Shown here piece by piece: positions 59,795 through 64,000 of a stretch of DNA of 64,000 bases. The stretch is from an uncultured Actinomycetes bacterium (GTDB lineage Bacteria > Actinomycetota > Acidimicrobiia > IMCC26256 > PALSA-610). Made by a program: the position numbers and the translations under genes. The notes beneath the pieces are model-generated. The model was not told the DNA's origin. It saw only the letters and a program-made list of their open reading frames with translations, and did no database searches. Position 1 is the first letter of the stretch, and each line of letters opens with the position of its first letter. Location of the stretch: contig CAWIFT010000003.1 in the NCBI GenBank assembly GCA_963835455.1, positions 686,061 to 750,060 on the forward strand, given 5' to 3'.

Positions 59795-60946
59795 TCAGCG
59801 TTTCAAGGACTTCCCCCGCCGCTGCCGCGGACAGCCCGTCGAGGCCGGCGCGGAGCTCGGGTTCGGTGGGCCAGCCGAATCCGAGGCGGAAGTGGCGGTC
59901 GTCGACTTCGAACCAGTGCCCGGGGCCGACGTACGTGCCGTAGCTCGCGAGCAGCACTTCGTAGAACTGCGCGGTGTCGACGTCGACGCGGGCGGCGAAG
60001 CGCACCAGGCCGACGACGCCGCCCGCCGGTTCGACCCATTCGAACGTGCCCTGGCCGCGCATCCAGTCGCGCACGATGTCGAGCCGGGTGCGCACGTCGG
60101 CGATGATCGGCGGGAGGATCCGGGCCCGGTCGCTCAAGCACGCGGCCCGCGATGGCCTCGTCGATCGTCGCTCCGCAGATGACCATCTGCTCCTTGGCCG
60201 CGAGCAGCGTCTCCGCGAGCTCCGGCGTCGCGGCACACGGCCCAACCGACGCGCAAGCCCGGGTAGCCCGTACGCCTTCGACATCGACGAGACACTGATC
60301 GCGCGGGGCGAGAGGGTCGCCGCCATCGGCAACGGCGTCGTCGTGCGTGAGGTCGCGGTACGTCTCGTCGACGAGGAGCACCGCGCCCGACCGTTCCGCG
60401 ATCTCGACCAGCGCGTGCAGCGACGCGAGATCGAGCATGGTCCCGGTGGGGTTATGCGGGCACGTGACCGAGATCAGCCGCGTCGTGCCCGGCCGGACAC
60501 GCGCGGCGAGCGCATCGGTATCGAGGCGCCAACGGTCGTCGAAGTGCGAGGTCGACGACGTCGAGGTCGGCGCCGATCGCGCGTGGCGTCTCGAGGTTGG
60601 TCGCGTAGTTGGTGCGCACGACGACCGCGTGCGTCGCCCGGTTCGAGCAGCGAAGTCGCGGTCGCGAACAGCGCCGCGGCCGCACCCGGCGTGACCAGGA
60701 CGTGGTCGGGGTGAAGTCCGTCGCCGCCCGCGGCGACGGCTTCGCGCAGCGCGGGATCACCGAGGTGATCGCCGTAACAGAGCAGCAGTTCGTCGAGTGC
60801 AGTCGCGCCACCCGACGCGAAGTCGAGCCCGAGGTCGGTAAGGCGGCGGTCGGCGACGGAGCTCTCGGAGAGATTGTTGGTGATGGTGTCGTAGCCGAGC
60901 TGCTCCGGAGACTCGACCTCGATCGGCATTCGGCGATAGCGCATGG
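59795..60946 (-). pseudogene. class-I/II PLP aminotransferase, at least six same-direction frame breaks
   Basis: The reconstructed protein MRYRRMPIEVESPEQLGYD...VTPGAAAALF...RTNYATNLE...CPHNPTGT...LLVDETYRDL...SSMSKAYGLPGLRVGWAV...FEWVEPAGG... requires frame changes near 60631, 60547, 60330, 60253, 60227 and 60136. A seventh may lie in the C5 run 59812-59817. Confidence 0.75.
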
Positions 60947-61010
60947 TGATGGGATTCAACCCGAAGCGCCCGGGAACGCGCGTCACCCGCAGGTAGGGGA
61001 GCCGAAGGCC

Positions 61011-61062
61011 GGGAGCGACAGCGGAGGCGACCGAATGGGAGCCGCAGTGCGAGCGACCCAGA
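61011..61062. repeat. solo copy of the dispersed repeat family
   Basis: GGGAGCGACAGCGGAGGCGACCGAATGGGAGCCGCAGTGCGAGCGACCCAGA aligns with the unit of the 44895-45146 array. It lies in the divergent region between the aminotransferase and dinB. Confidence 0.6.
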
Positions 61063-61075
61063 AGTATGCGAACAT

Positions 61076-62279
61076 GTGTTCGTGTCCGGGGAGGCCACCA
61101 TCCTGCATGCCGACCTGGACGCGTTCTATGCGTCGGTGGAGCAGCGGGACGATCCGCGGTTGCGGGGCCGGCCGGTGATCGTGGGCGGCGGGGTGGTGCT
61201 GGCCGCGAGCTACGAGGCCAAGGCCTTCGGGATTCGCACCGCGATGGGGGAAAAGCAGGCGCGGCAGCTGTGTCCGTGGGCGGTGACGGTCGCGCCGAGG
61301 TTCTCGGCGTACGTGGAAGCGAGCAAGGCGGTCTTCGCGGTGTTCGAAGACACGACGCCGCTCGTCGAAGGACTGTCGATCGACGAGGCGTTCCTCGATG
61401 TCGGCGGATTGCGGCGGGTGTCCGGCACGCCCACCGAGATCGCGGCGGAGCTGCGCCGCAAGGTGCTCGAGCGCGTCGGCCTCGCGATCACGGTCGGCGT
61501 CGCCCGCACGAAGTTCCTCGCCAAGGTCGCGAGCGGCGTCGCCAAGCCGGACGGGCTCCTCGTCGTGTCCCCTGATGCCGAGCTCGAGTTCCTGCACCCG
61601 CTGCCCGTGCAACGGTTGTGGGGGGTCGGGGCCGTCACCGCGCAGAAGCTTCTGGCGCGCGGCATCACGACCGTCGCGGACGTCGCCCGCCTCGACGAGT
61701 CGGTGCTCGTCGCGATGCTCGGTCGCGGATCGGGCCGGCACCTGCACGCGCTCGCGCACAATCGGGACCCGCGGCCGGTTCAGGTCGGTCGTCGACGCGG
61801 CTCGATCGGATCGCAGCACGCGCTCGGCCGATCACGCACTCCGCGGTCGCAGGAGACCATCGACGAGTCGCTGGTCGCACTCGTCGACCGCGTGACCCGT
61901 CGCATGCGTGCGGCGGGACGGGTCGGGCGCACCGTTGTGCTGCGTCTGCGCTTCGACGACTTCACGCGCGTCGACGCGTTCGCACACGATGGCGCGCCCG
62001 ACTGCGCACACGGCGACGATCCTCGCGATTGCACGCGAGCTGCTCGCCGCCGCGATGCCCAAGATCGCGCGCGACGGGATCACGCTCGTCGGGATCGCGG
62101 TGGCCAACCTCGATGACGACGACGTCGTGCAGCTCGCGTTGCCGTTCAATCGTGCCGGCGGGGGCGCGCTCGACTCCGCGCTCGACGATGTCCGCGACAA
62201 GTTCGGCACCAGCGCACTGACGCGCGCGGTATTGCTCGGAAAGAACACGGGTATGCAGGTCCCGATGCTTCCGGACTAG
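61076..62279 (+). pseudogene. dinB: DNA polymerase IV (Y-family), one frame break
   Basis: ILHADLDAFYASVEQRDDP, SIDEAFLDV and GVARTKFLAKVAS. After ...LRLRFDDFTR, the little-finger part TRSHTMARPTAHTATILAIARELL... continues in ORF 61908..62279. The break is at CGCGCG 61965-61975. Confidence 0.85.
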
Positions 62280-62297
62280 CTCGTCGGGGACGAGATA

Positions 62298-63035
62298 TCA
62301 GGGGCGTTTCGGGGCCGATGCGGTGAGTTCGTGGGTCGCCAATGTTCCGTCGATGATCTCGCTCGCGGTCTGACTCAACAACGCGTTGTGCGAACGGGCG
62401 TGGGCGCGGAGCAACGTGAACGCGGTGTCGATCGTCACCTGGTTGCGCTCGGCGACGATGCCCTTGGCCTGTTCGATCACAATCCGCGACTCGAGCGCGG
62501 CTTCGAGCTGAGACGTCACCACCAGCGCGTCGTTCAACGCTCGTTCCTGCAGGATCCCGATCGTGGCGATGTCGGCGAGGGCCTGCGCCACCTTCTGGTC
62601 ATCGGGCCCGAGCGGCTCGGTCCGGGTCGAGAAGATGTTCAACGCGCCGATCACCTCGCTGCGGAGTCGCATCGGCACCGCCGACACCGACCCGAAGCCG
62701 CTTTCCTCGGCGTGGGGCGCGAAGTGCGGCCACAGTTCCACGGCGGCGGACGACAAACTGCTGTTCACGGCAACGCCGGTGCGGTACGCGTCGAGGCACG
62801 GGCCCTCGTCGTGCTGCAATTCGAACAGCTCGATCAGGCGCATGCGCTCGCTCGATGACGCGACGTAGCGGAGCTTGCCGTCGCGGTCGGCGAGCATGAT
62901 GCCGGCTTCCGAAGCATCGACGAGCTCCACGCAACGTGTCGCAAGCCGATGCAAGAACTCGACCACGTCGTATTCGTCGAGGATCGTGTCGGCGAACTCT
63001 ATGAACGCGGCGAGGAGGTCTTGTTCCCGAGCCAT
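62298..63035 (-). CDS. GAF - ANTAR domain RNA-binding antiterminator-type regulator
   Basis: GAF-like N-terminus (...DEGPCLDAYRTG...IGALNIF...). ANTAR C-terminus RIVIEQAKGIVAERNQVTIDTAFTLLRAHARSHNALLSQTASEII. Confidence 0.8.
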   Translation of the reverse strand: MAREQDLLAAFIEFADTILDEYDVVEFLHRLATRCVELVDASEAGIMLADRDGKLRYVASSSERMRLIELFELQHDEGPCLDAYRTGVAVNSSLSSAAVELWPHFAPHAEESGFGSVSAVPMRLRSEVIGALNIFSTRTEPLGPDDQKVAQALADIATIGILQERALNDALVVTSQLEAALESRIVIEQAKGIVAERNQVTIDTAFTLLRAHARSHNALLSQTASEIIDGTLATHELTASAPKRP

Positions 63036-63098
63036 GTGCTGCCCCCCTTCCGGGGTCCGGTACTCAGAGCGTAAGTGTCGAAGAGCTGAAATACGAGT

Positions 63099-63803
63099 TC
63101 AATCGAAGCGAAGCTGCCCGTCCGAGACGGCCGCGGCGACTTGACTGATCGGGCGGTCTTCCGCGAACGCGTACGCGCGGAGCAGCGCGAGCGCGTCGGC
63201 GACCGTGATCCCGGCCTGCACCGAGATCCTTCCTGTGGCCTGATGGACCTGCATGCGGTGGTTCGGCACCGCTTCGAGCTGCCACGCAACGGTTCCGGGC
63301 GGCGCATCGGCCTGCCAGGCCAACAAGGTTCGGCCCGCGATCCGCGCCACGACGAGCGCGTCGCCGATCTGGCCCTCCGTGAGTGCGCCGGACTTGTCGT
63401 GGTAGAGGTTCAGGGCGCCGATGCAGATCCGATCGACGAGAATCGGGAACCCGAAGGCTGCACGCACGCCGGCGGCCAATGCTCCTCGGCGGAACTCCGG
63501 CCACAGCGCGATTTCGTGGTCGGCCAGATCGGGGTCGAAGACCGGAGCCCGGCTCGCGTACGCCGCGAGGCACGGTCCTTCGCCCAACGTGTACTCGAGC
63601 TGCGCGACGGTCTCGGTCACGAGATCCGATACGGCGACGCAACCCAACGATCGTCCGCCCGACATCAACACCAGACCCGCGCCCGTCACGCCCAGAACGT
63701 CTGTGCATGCCAGACACAGCGAGCTGGCCGGGTCGTTGTTCTGTTCGCTCCGTACGGCGACCAGTTGTGCGAACGCTTCCGGTTCGACTCTGCCGACAGT
63801 CAC
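63099..63803 (-). CDS. GAF - ANTAR domain regulator, paralog of the downstream gene
   Basis: ...GEGPCLAAYASRAPV...IGALNLYH... then MQVHQATGRISVQAGITVADALALLRAYAFAEDRPISQVAAAV. GGAGGG-N6-GTG start at 63803. Confidence 0.75.
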   Translation of the reverse strand: MTVGRVEPEAFAQLVAVRSEQNNDPASSLCLACTDVLGVTGAGLVLMSGGRSLGCVAVSDLVTETVAQLEYTLGEGPCLAAYASRAPVFDPDLADHEIALWPEFRRGALAAGVRAAFGFPILVDRICIGALNLYHDKSGALTEGQIGDALVVARIAGRTLLAWQADAPPGTVAWQLEAVPNHRMQVHQATGRISVQAGITVADALALLRAYAFAEDRPISQVAAAVSDGQLRFD

Positions 63804-64000
63804 GCGGCCCTCCGGTTTTCTCAGTGTCTTCCGAGACGACTGAGGCGAACCGGGGTCTCGAGCAGCCTCAATTCCAACGTGATGGTTGAGTGCGAATCTA
63901 GTCGCGCGATCGTCCTTTTCGAATTTCGTGGCGCGCCGGGTCGCCCGTACAATCCGGGTTGGCGCCCTCGCCACGAACAGGCGGCACCGTCGTGGAGTTC

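Noticed and set aside
1-64000. Search for mobile elements, prophage, defence systems (RM, CBASS, retron, Cas, Abi) and RNA genes (rRNA, tRNA).
   Set aside because: I saw no transposase, integrase, reverse-transcriptase, terminase, methyltransferase-nuclease pair or Cas-like translation in any frame, and no tRNA-like T-arm or acceptor patterns by eye. A negative result by inspection is not proof of absence.

Overview
Very GC-rich, densely coding chromosomal segment of actinobacterial type. Supporting signs are a mycothiol-type MDMPI enzyme, an F420-class PPOX, a LigD polymerase domain, and many ATGA/GTGA/TTGA overlapping gene junctions. I recognise about 60 protein genes and found no rRNA, tRNA, CRISPR array, transposase, integrase or phage gene by eye.

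Content, in order:
- sulfatase 3' end and hotdog thioesterases
- two adjacent c-di-GMP turnover genes, with a third at 52 kb
- a Nudix (NrtR-like) gene coupled to a NadD-like::NYN fusion gene
- TetR plus cytochrome P450
- three secreted proteins sharing a six-repeat GYW C-terminal module, one of them an S8 protease
- a Rieske / DUF6457 / double-hotdog operon
- an APC permease fused to an OB-fold
- an ApbE / ferric-reductase-like operon with two Pro/Thr-rich envelope proteins
- AsnB plus a CofE-like gene, a LigD-polymerase domain, DUF2461 and DinB
- cold-shock protein
- a ZnuABC-type metal uptake operon with a NYN-LOTUS gene attached
- two DHA2-type MFS pumps around a TetR
- a PadR / PPOX / aminotransferase / epimerase cluster
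- two GAF-ANTAR regulators

Most notable observations:
1. A dispersed 50-60 bp repeat family at four loci. Two of these are tandem arrays, and one fills an intercistronic gap from stop codon to start codon in a MIRU-like way.
2. By my reading, 16-17 single-nucleotide-type frame breaks in 10 otherwise intact conserved genes. They are strongly biased to one direction and clustered at 55.9-62.3 kb, so assembly indels and recent decay both remain possible.
3. A possible new ApbE flavinylation substrate carrying an exact DxxSGAT motif outside any recognisable FMN-binding domain.
4. The Nudix plus NadD-like::NYN module.

All product calls come from motif recognition by eye. No database search was run.
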